DNA from: an uncultured Oscillospiraceae bacterium
Lineage (GTDB): Bacteria; Bacillota; Clostridia; Christensenellales; CAG-138
DNA: 64,000 bases
Direction: 5' to 3'
Assembly (NCBI GenBank): GCA_964495255.1
Contig: CAZBVC010000007.1
Coordinates: forward strand, 274 to 64,273
Part shown: in pieces, positions 39,162 to 47,671 of the stretch
Layout of the letters: every line of letters begins with the position of its first letter
Position numbering within the stretch: position 1 is the stretch's first letter
The notes under the pieces: model-generated
The model's database searches: none
Told to the model about the DNA's origin: nothing
The model's input: only the letters and a program-made list of their open reading frames with translations
Translations under genes and position numbers: made by a program

Positions 39162-39816
39162 ACCCCCGACCCTTGTGCGTCGTGATGGATTCGGACAAGC
39201 CGGTCTGAGCGAGCGTTTTGCGCAGGCGGTTCATGTTAACGGTAAGCGTATTCTCGTCGACAAACTCGTCGCTGTTCCAAAGCCCCAGCATAAGCTCCTC
39301 GCGGCTTACGATCTCGCCGCGTCTGCATATCAAAAGCAACAGCAAACGCGATTCGTTTTTCGTGAGCGAAATGCTGTTATCCGTGCCGACCAAGCAGGAT
39401 TTTGCCGCGTCGAACGCGTATTCGCCCAATCGGGGCAGAGCGGTTTGCTCATAGTCGTAGCTGCGGCGCAAAACCGCCTGTACCTTCGCAATGAGCAGCT
39501 CGGGGTCGACGGGCTTTGTGATATAATCGTCCGCGCCCATTCCGATCGCCATCACGACGTCGCTCGTATCCGTGCGCGAGGAAAGGAACACAATCGGCGT
39601 TTTCGAGACGCGGCGGATGCGTTCGCACCAGTAATAGCCGTTGTAATACGGCAGGGAGACGTCCATCAGCACAAGGTGCGGCAGGCGGGCTTGAAACTCC
39701 GCGTCGATTGCGGAAAAATCCGCGGCGACGACCGCGTCGTAACCCCAACGGGCAAGCCGCTCGGCGATCGCTTTGGCAATGACGGCGTCGTCCTCGACGA
39801 TCAGGATACGATACAT
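39145..39816 (-). CDS. OmpR-family response regulator (BceR-like)
   Basis: MYRILIVEDD..., LVLMDVSLP receiver domain, winged-helix C-terminus. RBS GGGAGG. Confidence 0.9.
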   Translation of the reverse strand: MYRILIVEDDAVIAKAIAERLARWGYDAVVAADFSAIDAEFQARLPHLVLMDVSLPYYNGYYWCERIRRVSKTPIVFLSSRTDTSDVVMAIGMGADDYITKPVDPELLIAKVQAVLRRSYDYEQTALPRLGEYAFDAAKSCLVGTDNSISLTKNESRLLLLLICRRGEIVSREELMLGLWNSDEFVDENTLTVNMNRLRKTLAQTGLSESITTHKGRGYAFHA

Positions 39817-39901
39817 GAAAAAACCTCCCGCGTGCGATAACGTCATTATAGCATATCGCAGGAGGGAGGGGAAACGCGTCGCGCAAACAGAAACGGCGCG
39901 G

Positions 39902-41290
39902 CTATTTGAGCTTCTCTTTGTTGAACATACCGCCGAACGCGGTCATGAAGCAGATGCGTATGTCCAAAAAGATCGACCAATTCTCGATATACCAGATGTC
40001 GCAGCGGATCCGCTCCTCGATGGAGGTGTCTCCGCGATAGCCGTTGACCTGCGCCCATCCCGTGATGCCGGGGCGCACGCGATGCTTGACCATATAAAGC
40101 GGAATGGTCTCGCGAAACTCGTTTACATATTTGGGAATCTCGGGGCGCGGCCCGACAAGGCTCATGTCGCCTTTGAGCACGTTGAAAAACTGCGGCAGCT
40201 CGTCGATGCTTGTCTTACGGATGAAGCTGCCAAACTTCGTTTTGCGCGGGTCGTCGTTTTTCGTCCATGCGGAATCCTGCACGGCGTTCACGCGCATGGA
40301 GCGGAACTTGTACATCGTGAACAGCTTGCGGTTTCTGCCCACGCGCTGCTGCCGAAACAGAATGGGGCCGGGGCTTGAGAGCTTGACGCCGATCGCCGCA
40401 ACGAGCATGACGGGGGAGGTGAGCGTGATGAGCACGAGCGCGCAGAAAACGTCCATCGTGCGCTTGATGAGCGACGCTCCGAAGCGATCCAGCGGAATCT
40501 GCCGAACGTTGATGAGCTTGCTTTCGCCGATGACGTTCATCGTGGAACAGGCGGGGATATAGTCGTTGTAATAGGGGATGATGGAGAGCTTGACGCCGCT
40601 TTTCTCCGAAGCGAGGATGACGCTTTGCATATGGCGCTCCTCGTCCGATTCCAGCGCGGCGACGAGCTCGTCCGCAAACAAGTTATCCAGCGCAGCGTTC
40701 AAATCATCGATTTCGCCCATACATTTCAACGCGGGGAAGGCGTCCTTTTCACCAAAGTAGCCGTCTATGGCGTAGCCGAGGCTCGGACGCGCCTTGACGG
40801 AACGAAGGAACTGCGCCGCGTGCGGCCCACTTCCGATCAGCAGCAGATGCTTTTGGTTATAGCCGATCGCGCGGTAATGGTTCAGGATAAAGCGCATGGC
40901 CAAACGCTTTGCCAGAATCAGCAGGCAGGAAAAAACATAGAACAGCAGCAGAACGCCGCGCGAGAACTCTTGCAAACGAAAGAGGTAAAGCAGCGCCGCC
41001 GCACCCAAAATCGCAATGGCGTTGCCCCCCAACACGCGCGTGATTTCATGCGGGACAGAGCGCGCACGAAGGGAATCGTAAAGCCCCATTACGCGATAGA
41101 CAAACGTAACAAGCAAAGCGTAGGCGACGGATACCCATACGCTGCGTCCCAGCAGGAGCGCGATGTTGTTGCTCATATCGCGTATAACGTCCAGCCAGAT
41201 ATACAGGGCAAGATAGTAGGACGCGACGATTAAGCCCGCATCCAGTATGCGGTTGACCGCATTTAAGAATGCTTGATGCTTTCGTATCAT
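39902..41290 (-). CDS. Polyprenyl-phosphate hexose-1-phosphate transferase (WcaJ/EpsL-like priming sugar transferase)
   Basis: 462 aa, N-terminal TM bundle. C-terminal PGPILFRQQRVG..., DELPQFFNVLKGDMSLVGPRP bacterial sugar transferase motif. Confidence 0.9.
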   Translation of the reverse strand: MIRKHQAFLNAVNRILDAGLIVASYYLALYIWLDVIRDMSNNIALLLGRSVWVSVAYALLVTFVYRVMGLYDSLRARSVPHEITRVLGGNAIAILGAAALLYLFRLQEFSRGVLLLFYVFSCLLILAKRLAMRFILNHYRAIGYNQKHLLLIGSGPHAAQFLRSVKARPSLGYAIDGYFGEKDAFPALKCMGEIDDLNAALDNLFADELVAALESDEERHMQSVILASEKSGVKLSIIPYYNDYIPACSTMNVIGESKLINVRQIPLDRFGASLIKRTMDVFCALVLITLTSPVMLVAAIGVKLSSPGPILFRQQRVGRNRKLFTMYKFRSMRVNAVQDSAWTKNDDPRKTKFGSFIRKTSIDELPQFFNVLKGDMSLVGPRPEIPKYVNEFRETIPLYMVKHRVRPGITGWAQVNGYRGDTSIEERIRCDIWYIENWSIFLDIRICFMTAFGGMFNKEKLK

Positions 41291-42795
41291 TTCGATACAC
41301 TCCGTTCGTTTCGTTCATTTGGCGCGGATTTGCCGTATACGCGCGAAAGCACGACGACATAGCCGGCGAAAAGGTAGAAAAAGAGAGGAACAAAAATCGG
41401 CCAGCTTTCAATGAAAGTACTGTCCTCAAAGAGCGCCATGACGACAAACGGGATCAAAACGGCGGGCAGAAAACGCGCTTGCACGGGGATATTGTCGCGT
41501 TTACAAAAGAGCAGGCGCAAGGAGCGGGCGAACAGGAAAACGAGAAACGTGCAAAACAGCAGCAGTCCGGGCGCGCCGAACGAAAACAGAATTTCCAGAT
41601 AGGTGCTGTGAAACGCGGCGGGCGCGTTATCCGTTTTGAATCCGGGGATGAAGCGATAATACGAGCTGACGGGCAATGCGCCGAACAGGATGGAAAAACG
41701 ATCGGCGGAAAACTCTTTCAGCGTGTCTTTCCAAATCGTCGTTCGTCCGTTGAAGGAGAGCGCGTCGCCGAAGCCGCGGTCAACAATATCGGCGGGCGGA
41801 GTCTCCGTTTCCGGCGTATCCTCGCCGCTTCGGTCGGCGACCTGATCGGGCGAAGCGCTGAGGAAACGATACGACTCGGCCGTTTGCGCTGCCGCGGCAT
41901 TCGGCGCAGCAGCCTGCCGCGCATAATTGAACGCGGCAACCGCAGCGCCGAAGCCCAGATAAAGAATCGCGCAGGCAACGAGCGTTACGCCGCATTTGAG
42001 AAGAACGGCGAGCGCGGCGGAGCGGATCCGCTGAAAGCGAAGCGACAGAAACAGGAAGATCGCGAACGTCGGAAAAAAGGCGAGCTGCGCCGCGCGGGAA
42101 TCCGTCAGCGCAAGCGCGGCGTAGAGCGTCAGAAATCCGAAAAGCAAAGCGACGCGAGCCGCCTTCTTCTTCGCGCCAAGCCAAAGGAACAGGCAGGCGG
42201 AGAGCCCCGTAACGCATAAGGTTCCGGACGGATTGGGGTGAGCAAAGATGCAGAATCTTCCGAGCTTCTTCCAAATTCCGAGCGCGCCTTCGGCTTTTCC
42301 GGGCGCATTGACGGAGCGGTTCATAACGGTAAGAATCAGACCGTAAAGCACAAGAACCGACAGAAGCGCCACAAATGCGTATAAGATCACGCGCAAGGGC
42401 TTTACGCCGTATGTGCGCGGCATGACGTAAGCAAGCGGATAAACGAGGAAGAACAGCATGCATGTCAGGGAGAAGAACGAAGCGGAAAAGGGGTCGTCCA
42501 CGCGGTTAAAGTTCGCGATGCAGGCAATGTTGATCCAGAGAAACAGCGCAAGGAGCAGCGCCATGTCAAAGTTTCGCAGAATCCGATCCTGCCAAATCAA
42601 CAGCCCGAGGAACAGAAACGCGAGCGGCAGAAAGATCACGCGGGGGATCGAATAAACGAATGCGCTGTACAGCAGGCTGTAAAACGTAAACGCCAAACAG
42701 GCGCAAACCGTCAGGAAAAAGAGCGTTCTCCAATCGAACAGGCGCTTAACGCCGCGCTCCTTGCCCGAAACGGCGTCGGCAGGCAATGTCAACAC
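41287..42795 (-). CDS. O-antigen ligase/polymerase-like (Wzy_C-type) polytopic membrane protein
   Basis: About 500 aa, at least 10 hydrophobic segments with one large hydrophilic loop. ATGA overlap with the sugar transferase gene. The start codon is uncertain. Confidence 0.6.
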   Translation of the reverse strand: MLTLPADAVSGKERGVKRLFDWRTLFFLTVCACLAFTFYSLLYSAFVYSIPRVIFLPLAFLFLGLLIWQDRILRNFDMALLLALFLWINIACIANFNRVDDPFSASFFSLTCMLFFLVYPLAYVMPRTYGVKPLRVILYAFVALLSVLVLYGLILTVMNRSVNAPGKAEGALGIWKKLGRFCIFAHPNPSGTLCVTGLSACLFLWLGAKKKAARVALLFGFLTLYAALALTDSRAAQLAFFPTFAIFLFLSLRFQRIRSAALAVLLKCGVTLVACAILYLGFGAAVAAFNYARQAAAPNAAAAQTAESYRFLSASPDQVADRSGEDTPETETPPADIVDRGFGDALSFNGRTTIWKDTLKEFSADRFSILFGALPVSSYYRFIPGFKTDNAPAAFHSTYLEILFSFGAPGLLLFCTFLVFLFARSLRLLFCKRDNIPVQARFLPAVLIPFVVMALFEDSTFIESWPIFVPLFFYLFAGYVVVLSRVYGKSAPNERNERSVSK

Positions 42796-42877
42796 AGGAA
42801 GTCCCCCCCTTTATGAAAATGCTGATCCGTTCGTTCGCCGCGCGGCGGTTTGCTTCTTCACGCGCCGCTTTTGCATC

Positions 42878-42886
42878 ATTATAACA
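42878..42886 (-). promoter_or_regulatory. Possible extended -10 element (TGTTATAAT on the minus strand)
   Basis: Reverse complement of ATTATAACA, about 85 nt upstream of the ligase-like gene. No clear -35. Confidence 0.3.
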
Positions 42887-42944
42887 AGAAAGAATAAAAA
42901 AAGCTACAAGCTGTGACGCGATAAGGCGTTTACCGCCGATTGTG

Positions 42945-44096
42945 TTATGCCAAGACCTTTGCCAACGCCTCGATCGCCGCGTTTATCTCCGCTTCGGTTG
43001 TTGCGTAGCCGACGGAGAAGCGCACCGTGCCCTGCGGGAAGGTGCCCAGCGCTTGATGCGCACGCGGCGCGCAATGCAGCCCGCAGCGGGTTAATATGCC
43101 GTATTCGCGCGAAAGGCGATCGGCAACGAGCGCGTTGTCCGCTTTCTGTGTGCAATCGACGGAAACAACGCCCACGCGCGGCGCGTCGGCCCGCTCGGCG
43201 ACGATGCGCACGGGCAGCGCGGCGAACCCTTCGCACAGGCGTTCGGCAAGACGGTTTTCTTGCAGGCGCAAACGATCGGAATCAAGCCGTTCAACGAACC
43301 GAAGCGCCGCCTGGAAGCCGTAGATCGCGGGAAGATTGCGCGTGCCGGATTCAAACCGATCGGGCAGGTAGGCGGGCTGTATCTCGCTGTCGGACGCGCT
43401 CCCCGTGCCGCCGAACAGGAGCGGCGTAAGATTGTTTGCAAAGTCGGGCGCAAGCAAAAGCGCGCCGAGCCCCTCGGGCCCGAGCAGACCCTTATGCGCG
43501 GGCAGACAGAGTGCGGAAAGCCCGAGCACGTCAAAATCAATCGGCAGAATCCCCGCCGTTTGCGCCGCGTCAACGGCGAGCGGCAGATCGTGTTCCGAAC
43601 AGATTTTCGCGACCTCGGCAAGCGGGAAAACGACGCCGCTGACGTTCGAGGCGTGCGTCACAAACACGAGCTTCGTGTTCGGGCGGATGAGCGGAATGAG
43701 CGCGTTCGGGTCGGTGACTCCGTTTATATCGGCAGGGATGCAGGAAAACGTGACGTTTCGCTCGGACAGGGCGTTGAGCGGGCGCATCAGGGCGTTATGC
43801 GCGAAGCTGTCGATCACGACATGGTCGCCGCTTTGCAGGAAGCCGAACAAAACCTGATTGACGCTCTCCGTGCAGCCGCTTGTCAAAATCGCATATTTTT
43901 CGCCCGCGTTGCAGGAAAACAGCCGACAAAGCCGCGTGCGCACGTCCAGTATGACGCTTTCCACGTTCAGCGCCGCTTCATATGCGCCCCGATTGGCATT
44001 TGCGCCCACGTCGCGCAGATAGTGCGCCGCTGCTTCGGCGACCGAGGGCGCCTTTGGAAACGCGGTTGCGGCGTTGTCCAAATAGATGTTCTTCAT
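42945..44096 (-). CDS. Class V aminotransferase-fold PLP enzyme (cysteine desulfurase family)
   Basis: IYLDNAATAFPKAP, THASNVSG, LCLPAHKGLLGP (PLP Lys), RCGLHCAP C-terminal motif. Confidence 0.85.
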   Translation of the reverse strand: MKNIYLDNAATAFPKAPSVAEAAAHYLRDVGANANRGAYEAALNVESVILDVRTRLCRLFSCNAGEKYAILTSGCTESVNQVLFGFLQSGDHVVIDSFAHNALMRPLNALSERNVTFSCIPADINGVTDPNALIPLIRPNTKLVFVTHASNVSGVVFPLAEVAKICSEHDLPLAVDAAQTAGILPIDFDVLGLSALCLPAHKGLLGPEGLGALLLAPDFANNLTPLLFGGTGSASDSEIQPAYLPDRFESGTRNLPAIYGFQAALRFVERLDSDRLRLQENRLAERLCEGFAALPVRIVAERADAPRVGVVSVDCTQKADNALVADRLSREYGILTRCGLHCAPRAHQALGTFPQGTVRFSVGYATTEAEINAAIEALAKVLA

Positions 44097-44139
44097 AGGC
44101 TGACGTACTCCTTTTGTTTGTGCGGTTCGTTGCTATCCG

Positions 44140-47100
44140 TCAAAACAGGGAAAGCTGCTTTGATGCGGCAATGCGATAGGGCGCGGACCTGATCCCATCC
44201 CGAACGGCTTTTGGCAGCTCGGCAAGAAACGCGGAAGGCTCGCCCGAGGAAGAAAGGATCAGCGCTTCCTTTGCGCGCGTGATCCCGACGAAGAACAGCC
44301 GCCGTTCCTCGCACAAATCGTCGGCGTTTCCTTCGCGCTCCGACGGGAAGACGCCTTTGTTCAGCCCCGGCAGAAATACGACGGGAAATTCCAGCCCCTT
44401 TGCGCCGTGCAGCGTCATGAGCCGAACCGCGCCCGATACATAGCTTTTCCCATTTGCACGCAGAAGGTCGGCTTCCTCGCCCAGCAGAATCGCGTCCATA
44501 AATTGCTTCATGTCCGAATGAAACGCGGAGATCTCCGTCAGGCGCTTTCCCGCTTCATTTCGCCCATGGCGCGCGTACCATCTTTCGAGGATCAAACGCG
44601 GTTTCTCCTTCCCGAGCAGCGTCGAAAACGCGTCCTTGTCCGCGAGAAACGCTTCGGGCAGCGCGTTGGAATCGATCGGTTCGCCGTAAACGAGCCGCAG
44701 CGCCGCGTCGCGCGAAACCGTATCGCTCGGGTCGAGTAAATAGCGAAAGAACGCAAGCGCGCCGCGCACGCTTTCGTCAAGCAGCTCGTCCCCGCGTCCG
44801 ACGACGACGCAGGGAATGCCGTCGTGCATCAGACAGCTCTCGATCAGCTCTGACTGCCTGCGCGTGCGGCAAAGCACCGCGACGTCCGAAAACGGGCGAA
44901 CGGAGGCGCGCTCGGTCTCCATCGTGCGCGCGGAAAGCATATCCGTGCCGCCAGCCATGCGCGAAATCTCCTTCGCGATGAAGATACCCTCCGCATACGG
45001 GCTCTCCGCCGCATACAGACAAACGGGCTTTTCCGCGCCGTTCGCCGTTTCGCTTTGCAAAGCCGCGAGCAGGATGCGCTCCCTTTCGCCGTTATGGAAG
45101 ATAACGCTTGCGGCGCAGGAAAGAATCTCGGGCGCGCTGCGGTAATTTTCGGAAAGGGTGATCGTTTCCAAGGAAGGGAACGCTTTTTTTAGCTCGTCAA
45201 AGCAGCCCGCGCTCGAACCGCGAAAGCCGTATATGGACTGGTCGGGGTCGCCGATCACAAAAAGCGTTTCGTTTTCCGCCGCCCAATGCGCGATGAGCCT
45301 GCGCTGCACGGCGTTGACGTCCTGATACTCGTCCGCGAGCAAATGCGTAAACATCCGCCGTTTTTCCTGCGGCAAAGAGAGCGCGTCCAAAAGAAGATCG
45401 TCCAAATCGCGCACGCCGCGCGCCAAAAGACTGCTTTGATACGCGTATGCAAGCGCGGGATCGACGTTCGCCTCCTCGGGCGACATGCCGCATTTGAAAA
45501 GCGAGATGCGCCGAAGCGTCTCCTTCGCGCCGTGGTCGCTTTTATGCGTTTGCAGCAGCGCCGCGACCAGCGAAAGCGCGTCCGCCTCCCCGCAGATCGG
45601 CTTTTGCGGAAGCAGCTTGCGGCAAATCGCGTGAAACGTGCCGACGGTCATGCCCCTGATCGCATTTGCCCCGCCAAGCCGCGCGGCAAGTCGCGCGCGC
45701 ATCTCCGCGGCCGCCTGATTCGTAAACGTAACGGCGGTGATCTCGGACGGCTTGACCCCGCGCGTTTCGATGAGGTAAGCGATGCGCGCAACGAGCGTTT
45801 TTGTTTTTCCCGTTCCGGGCCCCGCGATGACGGCGAGCGCGCGCGCGTTCGAGGTAACGGCGCGGTGCTGCGCTTCGTTTAATTCTTCTTTTTCTGTGCC
45901 GCGCGGGGCGCTTGACGCGCGTTCGGTCTGCTGCGCGGATGCGTCGCCCTGCGGGAGGGCGGGGGCGGTTGCTTTTCCGATGCGCGGCTTATGTGCGCCG
46001 TCCTGCGAAAACAGGGCGAGCTGACCGTTGATCGATTCGCGTTCGTCCGCATCCAGGAGCGTGATTTTGCCGTATGCGCCGTCATAGCCCGCCTCGCGGC
46101 GCACCGCGCCCGCACGCAGCCTGCGCACGCTTTCGGATACGCATTTGCCCGCGACGCGCGCAATGTCGCATAAATCTGCCTCGCGCAGGATAAACAGCTC
46201 CGTTCCGAGCAGCGAAAGCAGCTCGTTTGCCGCTGCGCGCGCCTTATTCCCGTCCGCGGAAACGCCCAATGCGGACGCGATCACCGAGCATAGCGGCGTC
46301 AGGCTTTGAAACGGCCTTGCACGCGCGGGCAAAAAGCCCTCCTTTCGATCGGAAAGCTCCATGACGCGGTGCATGACCCCGACGGTGATTCGTTTGCCGC
46401 AAACGGGACACTTGCCGCCGAGCGCTTCCGTTTCCGAGGGCGTCAGGCATACGCCGCAGGTGCGATGCCCGTCCAGATGATACTTGCCCTCCTCGGGGAA
46501 AAACTCGATTGTGCCGCAAAAGCCGTCGCCCGTCGTGATCGCGCGGCGAATGGAATCGTAGTCGAGCGGCGCGTCGAACAAATTCGCTTCGCGCGCGAGC
46601 TTCGCGGGCGAATGCGCGTCGGAATTGGAAACGAGCGTGTAGGAATCCAGCATGGATACGCAATGGTTCATCGGCGGGTCGGAGGAAAGACCCGTCTCCA
46701 TGGCGTGAATTTCGCCCGAAAGGTCGCCAAAGCACTCCTCAACCGTGTCGAAGCCCGAAAAAGCGCCGAACAGAGAAAAGTGCGGCGTCCAAATGTGCGC
46801 AGGAATGAACACGGCGCTCGGGCAGGCGTCCAGCGTGATTTCAAGCAGGTCGCGGCAGTCGATCCCGAGGATGGGGCGACCGTCCGAACGGATGTTGCCG
46901 ATTTTTTCCAATCGAGCGGAAAGACGCTCCGCCGCGTCGAGGTCGGGCAGGAGAATCAGGCTGTGCACCTTGCGCGTTTTGCCGTTTTTCTTATAGATCG
47001 TGCTGATTTCGCCCGTGATTATGAAGCGAGGCGGCTCGCCCGCGTTCGGCACGACGGCGGGCAGACGAAGCGCGCCTTTGAGCGTATAGAAACCGCTTGC

Positions 47101-47274
47101 GTCGCGCACAAGCGATTCGCGCAGCTCGGCGCGCCATGCAGGATGCGTAAAGTCGCCCGTGCCGACGAGGGAAACGCCCTTTTCGCGCGCGGCGCGATCC
47201 AGATGCGCCACATCGCAGTCGCGAGCGGTCGCGCGGGAATATTTTGAATGGATATGCAAATCTGCGGCGTACAT
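44140..47274 (-). CDS. Fusion protein: N-terminal PHP/EndoQ-like nuclease domain + C-terminal UvrD/PcrA-type SF1 helicase
   Basis: 1,044 aa from MYAADLHIHSKYS (RBS GGGAGA). The N-terminal domain has DLHIHS, NSDAHS and a CGVC...CPVCGKRITVGVMHRV zinc finger. The C-terminal domain has GPGTGKT (encoded around 45805-45825), TFH, DEYQD, GDPDQSIYGFRG, ENYRS, LHGAKGLEF, VGITRAKE. Confidence 0.85.
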   Translation of the reverse strand: MYAADLHIHSKYSRATARDCDVAHLDRAAREKGVSLVGTGDFTHPAWRAELRESLVRDASGFYTLKGALRLPAVVPNAGEPPRFIITGEISTIYKKNGKTRKVHSLILLPDLDAAERLSARLEKIGNIRSDGRPILGIDCRDLLEITLDACPSAVFIPAHIWTPHFSLFGAFSGFDTVEECFGDLSGEIHAMETGLSSDPPMNHCVSMLDSYTLVSNSDAHSPAKLAREANLFDAPLDYDSIRRAITTGDGFCGTIEFFPEEGKYHLDGHRTCGVCLTPSETEALGGKCPVCGKRITVGVMHRVMELSDRKEGFLPARARPFQSLTPLCSVIASALGVSADGNKARAAANELLSLLGTELFILREADLCDIARVAGKCVSESVRRLRAGAVRREAGYDGAYGKITLLDADERESINGQLALFSQDGAHKPRIGKATAPALPQGDASAQQTERASSAPRGTEKEELNEAQHRAVTSNARALAVIAGPGTGKTKTLVARIAYLIETRGVKPSEITAVTFTNQAAAEMRARLAARLGGANAIRGMTVGTFHAICRKLLPQKPICGEADALSLVAALLQTHKSDHGAKETLRRISLFKCGMSPEEANVDPALAYAYQSSLLARGVRDLDDLLLDALSLPQEKRRMFTHLLADEYQDVNAVQRRLIAHWAAENETLFVIGDPDQSIYGFRGSSAGCFDELKKAFPSLETITLSENYRSAPEILSCAASVIFHNGERERILLAALQSETANGAEKPVCLYAAESPYAEGIFIAKEISRMAGGTDMLSARTMETERASVRPFSDVAVLCRTRRQSELIESCLMHDGIPCVVVGRGDELLDESVRGALAFFRYLLDPSDTVSRDAALRLVYGEPIDSNALPEAFLADKDAFSTLLGKEKPRLILERWYARHGRNEAGKRLTEISAFHSDMKQFMDAILLGEEADLLRANGKSYVSGAVRLMTLHGAKGLEFPVVFLPGLNKGVFPSEREGNADDLCEERRLFFVGITRAKEALILSSSGEPSAFLAELPKAVRDGIRSAPYRIAASKQLSLF

Positions 47275-47671
47275 GAGACGTTCTCCCGTTTGCGCTCCGC
47301 GTTTATGCGAAGCCGTGATTCGATTATAGCACAGATACCGCGCAAATGCGCCTGTATACGTCCGAACAAAACGGAATATACCATGAATAACATGCATAGT
47401 TATACATCATGCTTATACTTGTATACAGGTATCCCTGCGGACGAATACGCAAAAATGCTATATTTTATGCGGGATTGCGAAAATGACGTATGTTTTCGGC
47501 GTCGATAGAACTTTTTTATAATCATGCATATTTTTTGGAAAATCTATGGACATTTCCGAACGCGCGTCGCATAATGGTAAAGGAAATCGGATCGGTCGAA
47601 TCGCACGAATCGCATTTGATCCAAACAACATAACATCATAACAATATCGTTAAGGGAGGCTCAATCGGATT

